From NCBI GenBank assembly GCA_965203555.1, contig CBDBCY010000004.1:320001-384000 (forward strand): a DNA stretch of 64,000 nt. Reading direction: 5' to 3'. Below, piece after piece: positions 30,008-42,195 of this stretch. Below the pieces are notes generated by a model. It was not told where the DNA came from and made no database searches. It worked only from the letters and a program-made list of their open reading frames with translations. Each line of letters starts with the position of its first letter. Within the stretch, counting starts at the first letter, position 1. The position numbers were made by a program, and so were the translations under genes. The DNA comes from Acidimicrobiia bacterium. GTDB taxonomy: Bacteria > Actinomycetota > Acidimicrobiia > Spongiisociales > ZC4RG35.

Positions 30008-31177
30008 GTGAAAGCCATGGTGCGCCCATACAAAATCCTGGTGGTGGACGATGAACCGGATCTTGAGCCGCTCATGCTCCAGCGTATGCGCCGCCACATT
30101 CGCAAAGGTCGCTACACCTTTGTTTTCGCTCGCAATGGCGTGGAAGCACTGGAGCGACTGAATCAAGACGGAGACATCGACATGGTGCTCTCCGATATCA
30201 ATATGCCCCGGATGGACGGGCTCACCCTGCTGGAACAGATCCCGAAAGTGGACCCCAACATCCGGTCGGTGATCATCTCCGCCTACGGTGACATGAAGAA
30301 CATCCGCACCGCCATGAACCGGGGTGCCTTCGACTTCGTCACCAAGCCGGTGGATTTCAAGGACTTGCAGATCACTATCGAACGCACCTTGGCTCACATG
30401 CAAGAGTGGCGTGAAGCCCTTTCCTACCGCGACAAGCTGGTCTCTATCCAGAACGAACTGGAAGTGGCCAGCCGGATCCAACAATCCATCCTCCCGTCGG
30501 AATTCCCCGAGGACATGCGTTTTCAGGTGTACGGCAATATGGAGCCGGCACGGGACGTTGGAGGCGACTTCTTCGACATCCTGGACCTGGACAGGGAGCG
30601 CATGGGCCTGGCCATCGCGGACGTATCCGACAAGGGAGTACCGGCCGCACTCTTCATGATGTCATGCCGGACACTATTGAAAGGGGTGGCGATCGGCCTC
30701 TCCGAGCCCGGGCTGGTGCTGGGAGAAGTCAATCAACTGTTGCACGATGACAACGAGTCGTTCCTGTTCGTGACGGTGCTGTACGCAGTGTACGACCCCG
30801 GGAGCGGCGAGTTCACCTACGCCAGCGGCGGACACGACGCTCCCCTTCTGGTGCGCGCCGACGGAACCGCAGAACTGTTACCACTCACCGGCGGCATAGC
30901 TCTGGGGGTAGTCCCGGACTTGGAATACCGGCAGAACTCCATTGTATTGGAACCCGGAGACACCGTAGTCCTTTACACCGACGGAGTGACCGAAGCACAA
31001 AACACCATGGGAGAGGCATTCGAAGTGGAGGGGCTGCACAGGATTTTCGCCGGCTCCCTCGCATCCATAAACGCCCGAGAGGGTACCGACTCGGTCTTCC
31101 AGACCGTAAGGGACTTCATGGGGGAGGCTGCGCAGTTTGACGACATCACGTGTCTAACCCTTCACCGAGACGTATAA
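30008..31177 (+). CDS. Receiver domain + SpoIIE/PP2C phosphatase (RsbU/RsbY-like)
   Basis: ILVVDDE, LSDINMPRMDG, FVTKP; VGGDFFD, ADVSDKG, LYTDGVTE, DDIT. Confidence 0.93.
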   Translation: MKAMVRPYKILVVDDEPDLEPLMLQRMRRHIRKGRYTFVFARNGVEALERLNQDGDIDMVLSDINMPRMDGLTLLEQIPKVDPNIRSVIISAYGDMKNIRTAMNRGAFDFVTKPVDFKDLQITIERTLAHMQEWREALSYRDKLVSIQNELEVASRIQQSILPSEFPEDMRFQVYGNMEPARDVGGDFFDILDLDRERMGLAIADVSDKGVPAALFMMSCRTLLKGVAIGLSEPGLVLGEVNQLLHDDNESFLFVTVLYAVYDPGSGEFTYASGGHDAPLLVRADGTAELLPLTGGIALGVVPDLEYRQNSIVLEPGDTVVLYTDGVTEAQNTMGEAFEVEGLHRIFAGSLASINAREGTDSVFQTVRDFMGEAAQFDDITCLTLHRDV

Positions 31178-31185
31178 GGAAAGTC

Positions 31186-31608
31186 ATGCTGGACATCTCG
31201 ACCTCCATTCGAATGGAACCGCAGGCGGACGAGTTGGACGCGGTCTTCGACGAGGTCCAGGACTTCGCCAACCAGGCCAACCTGCCCGAAGGCTTGGTCT
31301 TTCAGATCAAGTTGATTCTGGAGGAGTTGGCGCTCAACGTGATCAACTACGGAAACAAGGGAGGCACAGAACCCATCGAGATAGGGCTGTCGGCTAAAGG
31401 GGAGACCATAGTCCTTCAAATATCCGATGTGGGGCAGCCCTTCGATCCCATGAAGGACGCCCCGGCGCCTGACCTCACCTTGTCGCTTGAAGAGCGGCCG
31501 ATCGGAGGCTTGGGCCTCTACCTGGTGAAGACCATGGTGGACGAGATGCATTACCGGTGGGAAGACGGCCGCAATCACCTGACGCTAATAACCCGCGTTC
31601 TTGCATGA
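31186..31608 (+). CDS. RsbW/SpoIIAB-type anti-sigma Ser kinase
   Basis: LILEELALNVINYG, ISDVGQPFDP, IGGLGLYLV; AAGGA RBS. Confidence 0.92.
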   Translation: MLDISTSIRMEPQADELDAVFDEVQDFANQANLPEGLVFQIKLILEELALNVINYGNKGGTEPIEIGLSAKGETIVLQISDVGQPFDPMKDAPAPDLTLSLEERPIGGLGLYLVKTMVDEMHYRWEDGRNHLTLITRVLA

Positions 31609-32963
31609 GGCACAGGCTTTGCCTGCCCACAACACGACATCCGGCTTGGAGGCTTGTTTGCTCAGCGGTTCTTATAACCGTTTTGGGAAGCGCCTGTTCT
31701 TTGAGATCGGATCTAGATAGCACCCTCGCGCCTGCACCAGAATCTGAGTCTCTACTACCTGCGGACCTTGCTGAACAGATCGACGTGCTGTTCGGCACGG
31801 ACACCACATCCACCACCCTGGCGGAGACCGAAGAAGTCGTAGCGAGGGATGGTCCCGACGAGGGCGCAGTCCCCGGTGTCACTGATGAATACATCCTCTT
31901 CGGTCAGTCCGCCGCCTTCACCGGTCCTGCCGAGGAACTGGGCATCAACGTGCGTTATGGAATTCAGGCCGCTTTTGCCGAAGCCAATGAGGCGGGCGGG
32001 GTGTTCGGCCGACAATTGCGGCTGGTCTCCCTGGATGATTCCTATGAACCCGAAGCCGCCATCACCAACTCCCAGCAACTGATCAACGAGGAACGGGTAT
32101 TCGCACTGATAGGGGCGGTCGGTACCCCAACCTCCCGATCCGCCACCCCGGTGGCCAAAGAGGCGGGAGTGCCGTACATAGCTCCCTTCACCGGCGCCGG
32201 TTTCCTTCGCGATGCCCAGGAACTGGACAATGTGGTAAACCTGCGCGCCTCCTATAACCAGGAGACAGAAGAAATGGTGAACCGCCTGACAGAGGATCTG
32301 GGCATCACCGACATAGCCGTGCTGTTCCAGGACGACTCGTTCGGCAGGGCCGGGTACAGCGGGGTGCTGGCCGCTCTGGAGCGCCGGGGCATGGAACCGG
32401 CCGCAGTGGGTTCCTACACCCGCAACACAACCGCCGTCAAGACCGCCATGCTCGACATCCAGATGAACGAACCGGAGGCGGTAATCATCATAGGCGCATA
32501 CAAGCCGGCAGCCGCCATGATCGCCTGGTCGCGGTTTACCAACTTCAATCCCATATTCATCAATATCTCCTTTGTAGGCAGCAACGCTCTCAAGGAGGAG
32601 TTGAGAGCCTATGGGATAGGGGTTTACGTGACGCAGGTGGTTCCCTTCCCAACCGACGACAGTATCCCCGTTGTTGCCGATTACATGGCCGCACTGGAGA
32701 CCTACGTTCCCGTGGCGACGCCCGGGTTCGTCTCTCTGGAGGGATACCTGGCCGGACGTCTGGCAGCGGCCGTCCTGGAACAGTGCGGTCCGGAAGTCAG
32801 GCGTGAGTGCTTCACAGAGGGCCTTCGCCAACAGGGTGACTTCGACTTCGGGGGATTCGAATTGAGTTACGGGGAGAACGACAACCAGGGCTCTGACAGG
32901 GTCTACTGGACGGTTCTACGGGCCGATGGCCGATATCACCCGATAGAGAGGCTGGGCCAGTAG
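31605..32963 (+). CDS. LivJ-like (type I) extracytoplasmic ligand-binding lipoprotein
   Basis: Lipobox LGSAC, GQSAAFTGPA, LDDSYEP, GAVGTPT, NLRASY; no permease adjacent. Confidence 0.85.
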   Translation: MRHRLCLPTTRHPAWRLVCSAVLITVLGSACSLRSDLDSTLAPAPESESLLPADLAEQIDVLFGTDTTSTTLAETEEVVARDGPDEGAVPGVTDEYILFGQSAAFTGPAEELGINVRYGIQAAFAEANEAGGVFGRQLRLVSLDDSYEPEAAITNSQQLINEERVFALIGAVGTPTSRSATPVAKEAGVPYIAPFTGAGFLRDAQELDNVVNLRASYNQETEEMVNRLTEDLGITDIAVLFQDDSFGRAGYSGVLAALERRGMEPAAVGSYTRNTTAVKTAMLDIQMNEPEAVIIIGAYKPAAAMIAWSRFTNFNPIFINISFVGSNALKEELRAYGIGVYVTQVVPFPTDDSIPVVADYMAALETYVPVATPGFVSLEGYLAGRLAAAVLEQCGPEVRRECFTEGLRQQGDFDFGGFELSYGENDNQGSDRVYWTVLRADGRYHPIERLGQ

Positions 32964-32967
32964 CGGT

Positions 32968-35160
32968 ATGACAGCTTTCCCGGGCACCGTGAAATCACTC
33001 CTCAGACGCCTGTTGGAGAGCCGTTTTCGGATCTCCACCCAGCTTTATTCCGGGATCTGGGGCGCAGTGGCCCTAACCGTGGCGGCCGGCCTGGTCGGAT
33101 GGTTCTCCTTCAACCGGGTGGGGGAGGCGCAGAGTGTGGTCAACGAGGACACCGTGCCGGAGCTGGTGACAGCTTTCGAGATCGCCCAATACAGCAGCAC
33201 CCTGGTAAACGCCGCTCCTTCCCTGACAACCGCAGCCACTGCGCAGGAACTGGAGGAGATCGCCGGCGGCATCGATGAAACAACCTCCGCCTTCCTGCAG
33301 CAACTGACCCTTATGCAGGCAAACCAGTCGGAGGCCGACCTACGGCAGTTCGCGGAACTGCGATTCTACGTGAACTCGCTTGTCGCCAACATCGACGCTA
33401 TCTATCGTTCGGAGGAGGAACTGCTGAGTCTGGCCGTGGTCAGCGGGGACCTCAGGGAGGAGTTGGACGTTCTGGTCAACCAGCTTGACATGATCGTGAT
33501 CCCGGCGCTCGACGATCAATTCTTCTTCGGTATGACCGGCTACCGCAGACTCTGGCAGCTGCCCATTCCCAGGGACCAGTACTTGACTGAACAACAGCTG
33601 GTCATCTACCGCCACATAAGCGAGATCAAAGCCAATACCAACATCGCCACCCAACTTCTCGCCACCGCCTTCAGCGTCTCCGATGACTCACAGATAGAAC
33701 CCCTGCGGGAGAGTTTCGAAGCCGCCCAGGGACAGATAGCGACCAGCCTGACCGTGCTGGAAGGAGCCGACTTTCATGGAGAACTGTCCGGGCTCTTTTC
33801 CCAACTCTTCGACAAAGGGCTGGGGAGGGAAGGCGCCTTCAATCTGGCCACCCAACAGTTAAGACTGCTCGACACCCAGAACGCCCTGCTGACGGACAAC
33901 CGTCTGATCGCAGTGGGGGTCCTGGGCGAGGTCAACGATCTGGTCGCCGCCGCCCGGAGCAGAGCAGACGAGGCCACCCACGCTTCGGCCCAGGCGATTC
34001 TCACCGGTCGGACGCTCCTTCTGGCCATCAGTATCTTGAGCGTCACGGGGGCCATACTCATGGCTTGGCTGTTTGTGGGTCGGGTATTGTTGCGCCGCCT
34101 CAATCAGTTGTCCGATTGGATGCTGGGAATGGCTGACGGAGACTTGGAGACCCGCATCCAGATAAGGGGCCGGGACGAGGTGGCCGATATGGCGGCAGCC
34201 CTGGAGGTGTTCCGTATCAACGCATTGGAGGTGCAACGGCTCAACCTGGTGGAGAAGCTCGCCAACGAACTGGAAGAGAAGAACGCCGACTTGGAGAGAG
34301 TGCTCGATGACCTGCAAAAAGCCCAGGAGCAGATCGTCATCCAGGAAAAGCTGGCCGCCCTCGGTGAGTTGACCGCCGGGGTGGCCCACGAGATACGCAA
34401 TCCCCTCAATTTCGTGAAGAACTTCGCCGAGGCGTCGGAGGAGTTGTTGGAGGAGATGCAGGAGATTTTCGATGACATCGGGGAGGATGTCGAGGAAGAT
34501 GACATGGACTACATCCAAGAGATCAAAGGTGACCTGACCGCCAACCTGGAACGCATCCGTTCACACGGCAACCGCGCCAACAGCATCGTGGAGGACATGC
34601 TGATGATGGGCCGGGACTCGGGAGAGAAGCGAGTGGCGAACCTGAACAACATCGTGCACGAGCATATGAAGCTGGCTTATCACAGCGCCCGCGCCCTTGA
34701 TCCGAACTTCAACCTCACCATCAACGAGGAGTATGACCACAACGTGGGCGAATTGGAAGTCGTGCCCCAGGACCTGGGCCGGGTGTTCCTCAACCTGGTG
34801 AGCAACGCCTGCTACGCCACCGACGAGCGCCGCAAGAAGATCGAAGCCGCAGGCCAAAGCGGATTCATGCCGGAACTGCGAGTCACCACCCATCGGGAAG
34901 AAGACCGGGTGGTGGTCAAGGTCTGGGACAACGGCGGAGGCATCCCCGACGATGTGGTGGAAAAGATATTCAACCCGTTCTTCACCACCAAGCCCACTGA
35001 CAAGGGCACCGGACTGGGACTGGCCCTGTCAAGCGATATCGCCCGCCAGCACGGCGGCTTCATCCGGGTGGAGACCGACCCGGGGGATTCCACCACGATG
35101 GTCGTCGAGATACCACTCGACGACACCACCATCATCGAAGTGGCGGGTATCGATCACTGA
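32968..35160 (+). CDS. Membrane sensor histidine kinase (TorS-like helical sensor, HAMP, HisKA, HATPase)
   Basis: Two TMs flanking a ~300-aa helical domain; GRDEVADMA; AGVAHEIRNPLN; NLVSNA, DNGGG, FFTTK, GTGLGL. Confidence 0.9.
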   Translation: MTAFPGTVKSLLRRLLESRFRISTQLYSGIWGAVALTVAAGLVGWFSFNRVGEAQSVVNEDTVPELVTAFEIAQYSSTLVNAAPSLTTAATAQELEEIAGGIDETTSAFLQQLTLMQANQSEADLRQFAELRFYVNSLVANIDAIYRSEEELLSLAVVSGDLREELDVLVNQLDMIVIPALDDQFFFGMTGYRRLWQLPIPRDQYLTEQQLVIYRHISEIKANTNIATQLLATAFSVSDDSQIEPLRESFEAAQGQIATSLTVLEGADFHGELSGLFSQLFDKGLGREGAFNLATQQLRLLDTQNALLTDNRLIAVGVLGEVNDLVAAARSRADEATHASAQAILTGRTLLLAISILSVTGAILMAWLFVGRVLLRRLNQLSDWMLGMADGDLETRIQIRGRDEVADMAAALEVFRINALEVQRLNLVEKLANELEEKNADLERVLDDLQKAQEQIVIQEKLAALGELTAGVAHEIRNPLNFVKNFAEASEELLEEMQEIFDDIGEDVEEDDMDYIQEIKGDLTANLERIRSHGNRANSIVEDMLMMGRDSGEKRVANLNNIVHEHMKLAYHSARALDPNFNLTINEEYDHNVGELEVVPQDLGRVFLNLVSNACYATDERRKKIEAAGQSGFMPELRVTTHREEDRVVVKVWDNGGGIPDDVVEKIFNPFFTTKPTDKGTGLGLALSSDIARQHGGFIRVETDPGDSTTMVVEIPLDDTTIIEVAGIDH

Positions 35161-35397
35161 CGGCGGTCCTGAGGTGACGCGGGAATCCAAAGAGTGGCAA
35201 GGTTTGCCACGACTCCGGCCCACTTTTGTCATCGCCCGAGTATTAAGGTTCCTTGCGTGGGACCGTTTCCATAGCGGTGGTTGTCGCTATGGAGTACGCA
35301 CCTGACATCATGGTTCGGGATCAAGCAGGACAGACGACACGGCCGACACAACCTCAGGCTCAAAGGATGGTACGGACCATATGACCGCGGGAGAAAG

Positions 35398-36714
35398 ATG
35401 AGTGAGAGACGCACTCCGATGACGGGGCAGGGCTTGACCAGGGTTGAGGCTTTGCGCTATAAGTCCCTAAGGTACGTCTCCCAACCGTTGGGGCCTTTCC
35501 AGGTTCTGGTGGGTCCCAACGCCAGCGGGAAGTCGAACCTCCTGGACGTACCGGCGTTTCTCGGTGATGTGCTCCGCTCCGACCTGGCCACCGCCGTTCT
35601 GGGTGATGAACGTCTCGGGGTTCCTTTCCGGACCACCGACGCCCGAAAGCTCACATGGATGGGTGAGGGAGACTCCTTCGAATTGGCCGTGGAAATGGCA
35701 ATCCCACCGGACCGACAGCAGCCCCTGCCCAGGCTGTCCGGATCTCATAACGGCTACTCGCATTGTCGTTATGAGGTGGCGGTGGAGGTTGCTGGAACTC
35801 CCCGGTTTCTGGCGGAAACACTGTGGCTCATTCCTGCCAGGCCGATCCCTTCCGTTCAGCGATCTCTGTTTCCCATGCCTCTTGAGCCAATGCCGAACAT
35901 AGTCAGAACGCCAGGTAAGAAGGCTCCGCCGGGTTGGAAAAAAGTCGTTTCCCGCAGTGACTATCCCGAACGGGTCATGTTCAGCGACGAGAAGACCAAG
36001 TGGCGAAACCACTTCCGCATCTCGGCCCGAGAGTCTGCGCTGGCAAGCCTCCCCGCTGATGAAGACCGCTTCCCGGTTGCCCTCTGGATGAGAAGGACGC
36101 TGGGTAGCGTCCAGAGGATCGTTTTGTCGAGCGAAGCCATGCGGAGACCATCGTCACCGGTGCGACGGCAGGGTTACCTTCCTGACGGCTCCAATCTTCC
36201 CCACGTTGTCGTCGGCATCGAACGCGGACATCCGGAACAGTTTCGACGTTGGATCGAGCATGTCAAAGAGGCACTGCCGGACATCGTCGCACTAACAACC
36301 AGCGAGCGTCAGGACGATCGGCACCGCTATCTGGTGGTCAAATACAAAAACGGCCTGGCGGCGCCCTCCTGGCTGGTTTCAGACGGAACACTTCGATTGC
36401 TGGCCCTGACCTTGCTGGCCTACCTGCCTAAAGTCACCGGCACCTATCTCATAGAGGAGCCAGAGAATGGTGTCCATCCCCATGCCCTCCAGAACATATT
36501 CCAGTCGCTGGCGTCCGTCTACGGCGCCCAAGTCCTGCTTACCACCCATTCGCCGTTGCTGACGCGTTTGACCAGGCTGGATCAACTTCTCTGCTTAGCT
36601 CGCTCCGAAGAGGCGGGCACTGACATCGTTTTGGGACATGAGCATCCTGTCCTGCGGGAGTTGGGAGGGGAGATAGATCTGGGCACTCTGCTGGCCAGCG
36701 GCCTGCTCGGATGA
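35398..36714 (+). CDS. ABC/AAA_21-type ATPase, MAD3-like (defence-associated)
   Basis: GPNASGKS, SDGTLRLL, LIEEPENGVHP, TTHSP. Confidence 0.8.
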   Translation: MSERRTPMTGQGLTRVEALRYKSLRYVSQPLGPFQVLVGPNASGKSNLLDVPAFLGDVLRSDLATAVLGDERLGVPFRTTDARKLTWMGEGDSFELAVEMAIPPDRQQPLPRLSGSHNGYSHCRYEVAVEVAGTPRFLAETLWLIPARPIPSVQRSLFPMPLEPMPNIVRTPGKKAPPGWKKVVSRSDYPERVMFSDEKTKWRNHFRISARESALASLPADEDRFPVALWMRRTLGSVQRIVLSSEAMRRPSSPVRRQGYLPDGSNLPHVVVGIERGHPEQFRRWIEHVKEALPDIVALTTSERQDDRHRYLVVKYKNGLAAPSWLVSDGTLRLLALTLLAYLPKVTGTYLIEEPENGVHPHALQNIFQSLASVYGAQVLLTTHSPLLTRLTRLDQLLCLARSEEAGTDIVLGHEHPVLRELGGEIDLGTLLASGLLG

Positions 36715-37307
36715 GTGGCGTCGATCTCTTCTGTCTGGTTGCCGACAGGAACATGGAAGCGGCTATTTCCGGGCTATTGGAGCGGCATCCAAGCCTCGGC
36801 ATTCGACAGATCAGGTACCGGGTTGCGATCCATCCACGGCAAGAACGCAGATCACGCCCTAGTGATACTCGACCATGCCTGGGATGGAGTACCAGCCGAG
36901 TTGGCAGAGGTACTGGAGTGGCTTTGGAAGAACGGCTGCACTCGTCAGGTATGCGGGATTGGGCAAGGGCCGTGGTGATAGAGCCGGAACTCGAAGCATG
37001 GGTTTTCAGCCGGTCTCCTCACGTTGCGAGGATCCTGGGATGGGAGGGATCTGCCTCAGACCTGCGCGAGGCTCTTCAAAGCAACGGATTCTGGGCGGCG
37101 GGTCACAACAAACCGAGCGATCCCAAGTCCGCTACGGAGTGGGCTCTTCATCGGGCCCGAATTCCACGGCCTTCGTCCATCTATCGCAACCTGGCGAAGA
37201 GCGTCAGCACCACCTCTTGCACCGACCGGTCCTTTGTTCGATTTCGCAGCCTTCTCAGAGGCTGGTTCCCCTCCGCAGAATCAGGGCTGGGCGACCCGGG
37301 ACTCTGA
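36711..37307 (+). pseudogene. MAD4/DUF4276-like partner of the ATPase with an internally frameshifted segment
   Basis: DLFCLVADRNME..SLGIR..HP and VVIEPELEAWV..KPSDPK in the main frame; expected HALVILD..G motif lies in another frame. Confidence 0.65.
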
Positions 37308-37313
37308 CATGAC

Positions 37314-37490
37314 TTAGGCCTGCTGAAAGACGGCGCGGGTGGCTCTCTCCTGTTTGTCAGGGGGTGGCAGTGTCTGCGCAAAGCTCGCCTCACCAGGCGG
37401 CGCAGATTGGCCCGGACATCTTCTCCCAGCGTCCATCCGATGCGAGGTTGTCGCGGACCGGTCTCGACCAATTCCCGGGTCCAGCCTTGG
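37314..37490 (-). pseudogene. hsdR: C-terminal (DUF3387-like) remnant of type I restriction subunit HsdR
   Basis: ELVET..IGWTLGEDVRANLRRLVRRALRRH..|PPDKQERATRAVFQQA across frameshifts. Confidence 0.7.
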
Positions 37491-37554
37491 TTCATGCCAT
37501 CCGTGCCGGTAGGTATTCTCCTGTAAACCCCAAGGAAAGGGATGCGACAAATAC

Positions 37555-38535
37555 ATGTCAGAAAGCACGGACGAGCCGGTAACAGACATCGCTTCGGTGG
37601 TGGTGGACGGGTGCGCACCGCTTCTGTCCAAACCGGGTGCCTGGGAAGGGTGGCTGGCGGGTGGGGTGGACCTGGCCATTCCCACGGTGGCCACCCATGA
37701 ACGCCCCGAGGAAGCCATACCGCGGGTGAGGAAATGGAGACGTTGGACAGAGGGCAACAACCGACTCTTCCATGCCGCCCTTCCCGAAGACCTGGACCGC
37801 CTGGGAGACGGGCGGCTCGGGATCGCCTTTCACTTCCAGAACACCACACCCCTGGGGGAGGATCCGGGCCTGTTGGAGGTCTACAGGGACCTCGGACTGC
37901 GGATGGTCCAACTCACCTACAACCATCGCAACGCGGTGGGATACGGGTGCATGGATCCCCACGACCGGGGTCTCACCGCCTTCGGGCGGGATCTGGTGGC
38001 AGAGATGAACCGTCTGGGAATGGTGGTCGATCTTTCTCACACGGGACGCCGAACCACCCTGGGGGCCATCGAGGCGTCGGCGCATCCCACGGTGTTTTCC
38101 CACTCCAATGCCCGCCGGCTGTTCGATCATCCCCGCAACATCACCGATACCCAGATCCGGGCGGTGGCCGAACGGGGAGGACTGGTGGGGGTGAACGCGG
38201 TCTCTTCGTTCCTTCGCACCGACGGGGTGGGCGCCAACCTTTCGGACCTGTTGGCCCACATCGACTATCTGGTGGAGATGATCGGCCCCGGACAGGTCTG
38301 CCTGGGGTTGGACTTCTGGAGCGACGGCGACATCGATTACGGGGAGTGGACCAGAACCGGCCTCTGGACCGCTGACGACCTCTCCGCCCACGTCACCTGG
38401 CCGGAAGGCATCTGCGGACCTGGGCACTTTCCCCGACTGGTCGAGGGGTTGGCTGCCCGCGGATACTCATCAGACGACATCGCGGCGATCATGGGGGACA
38501 ACTGGATACGGCTGTTCCGACAGGTGTGGAACTGA
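37555..38535 (+). CDS. Membrane dipeptidase (M19) family protein
   Basis: QLTYNHRN, MVVDLSH, FSHSN, HPRNITD, LGLDF, GDNWIRL. Confidence 0.9.
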   Translation: MSESTDEPVTDIASVVVDGCAPLLSKPGAWEGWLAGGVDLAIPTVATHERPEEAIPRVRKWRRWTEGNNRLFHAALPEDLDRLGDGRLGIAFHFQNTTPLGEDPGLLEVYRDLGLRMVQLTYNHRNAVGYGCMDPHDRGLTAFGRDLVAEMNRLGMVVDLSHTGRRTTLGAIEASAHPTVFSHSNARRLFDHPRNITDTQIRAVAERGGLVGVNAVSSFLRTDGVGANLSDLLAHIDYLVEMIGPGQVCLGLDFWSDGDIDYGEWTRTGLWTADDLSAHVTWPEGICGPGHFPRLVEGLAARGYSSDDIAAIMGDNWIRLFRQVWN

Positions 38536-38554
38536 GTACCGCCACTGGTGCTCC

Positions 38555-39550
38555 CTACAACGACCGGCGGGCGGTCTCCACTCTTTCGATGAGAAACCCG
38601 CCCAGGGTCTCCAACACGGCGGTGGTTTCCGTGCCCGGCAGTTCCGCCAGCGCCCGGGAGGCCACCTCTGCGTGTTCCAGGGCTATGTCCAGCGCCTGAT
38701 CGACATAGTCTCCCTCCACCACGGTGGAGATCACCTCCTCCACCGCCTTCTCATCGTACGGGGGAGGATGGGCCAGCAATTCCACCACGCGGCCGCCGTT
38801 GCTCCCCCGGGCAGCCAGCAGCACCGGCAGGGTAAAGGTGCCCTCCCGGATGTCAGCGCCGGCCGGTTTCCCCAACAGATCGGTGGTGGCCACCAGATCC
38901 AAGGCGTCGTCGGCGATCTGGAAGACTCTCCCCAGCTGGAAAGCCCAAACAGTGAGAATGTCAACCACGGCGGACGGTGTGTCGCCCGCCCGGGCGCCCA
39001 CGTGGACAGAGGTGCGGATCAAGCTGGCGGTCTTCAGGTCGATCACCCGCTGGTAGGTGGAGATTTTGTGGTCAAGCCTGCCTATCAATCGGAACTCGAG
39101 TGTCTGACCCTGGGTGAGTTCGGTGTAGGTCTTGGCCAGCATCCGCACCGACTCCATGTCCAGATAGGTGGAGGCCAGTTCCGAAGCACGGGAAATCAGA
39201 AAATCCCCGGCCAATACCGCCAAGGTGTTGTTCCAGTTTGCGTTCACCGACGGACCGCCCCGGCGGGTGTCCGACTCGTCGATCACGTCGTCGTGATACA
39301 GGCTCCCCACGTGGATCAACTCCACCGCCGCCGCCGCCTCCACCGCCCGCCGGTCGCGGGCGGATCCCAGCCGGGCCGAGAGCAGAGCCAAGAGCGGACG
39401 CAGACGCTTTCCACCCGCCTTGAGAAGATGCTGAGAGATCTCCGTCATAAAGGAATCCTGGGAGGTGCTGACCTCCATCAGCCGGGATTCCACCTCTTCC
39501 AGGCGGCGCCAGACCCCTGGGATGTCGATGAGATGCCGGAAATCGTCCAT
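38555..39550 (-). CDS. Polyprenyl diphosphate synthase
   Basis: GGKRLRP, LYHDDVID..RRG, KTASL, FQIADD, GKP. Confidence 0.93.
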   Translation of the reverse strand: MDDFRHLIDIPGVWRRLEEVESRLMEVSTSQDSFMTEISQHLLKAGGKRLRPLLALLSARLGSARDRRAVEAAAAVELIHVGSLYHDDVIDESDTRRGGPSVNANWNNTLAVLAGDFLISRASELASTYLDMESVRMLAKTYTELTQGQTLEFRLIGRLDHKISTYQRVIDLKTASLIRTSVHVGARAGDTPSAVVDILTVWAFQLGRVFQIADDALDLVATTDLLGKPAGADIREGTFTLPVLLAARGSNGGRVVELLAHPPPYDEKAVEEVISTVVEGDYVDQALDIALEHAEVASRALAELPGTETTAVLETLGGFLIERVETARRSL

Positions 39551-39681
39551 GAGTAAAGGAAAACGTGGTATAGGAAACGGATTGGCTTATACTTCGCTCA
39601 GGAACACAGGAGCGGTTCCCGTGGTTGTTATAGACTAGGAACCCCGGAGGCACCGGGACGTAACGCAGTTAGGAGATCCCT

Positions 39682-42180
<2,499 letters not shown>

Positions 42181-42195
42181 TCCCTGCCGGTTCGC

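Noticed and set aside
15900-37500. attL/attR duplication and integrase for a tRNA-anchored island
   Set aside because: No repeat of the tRNA 3' end and no integrase found by eye.
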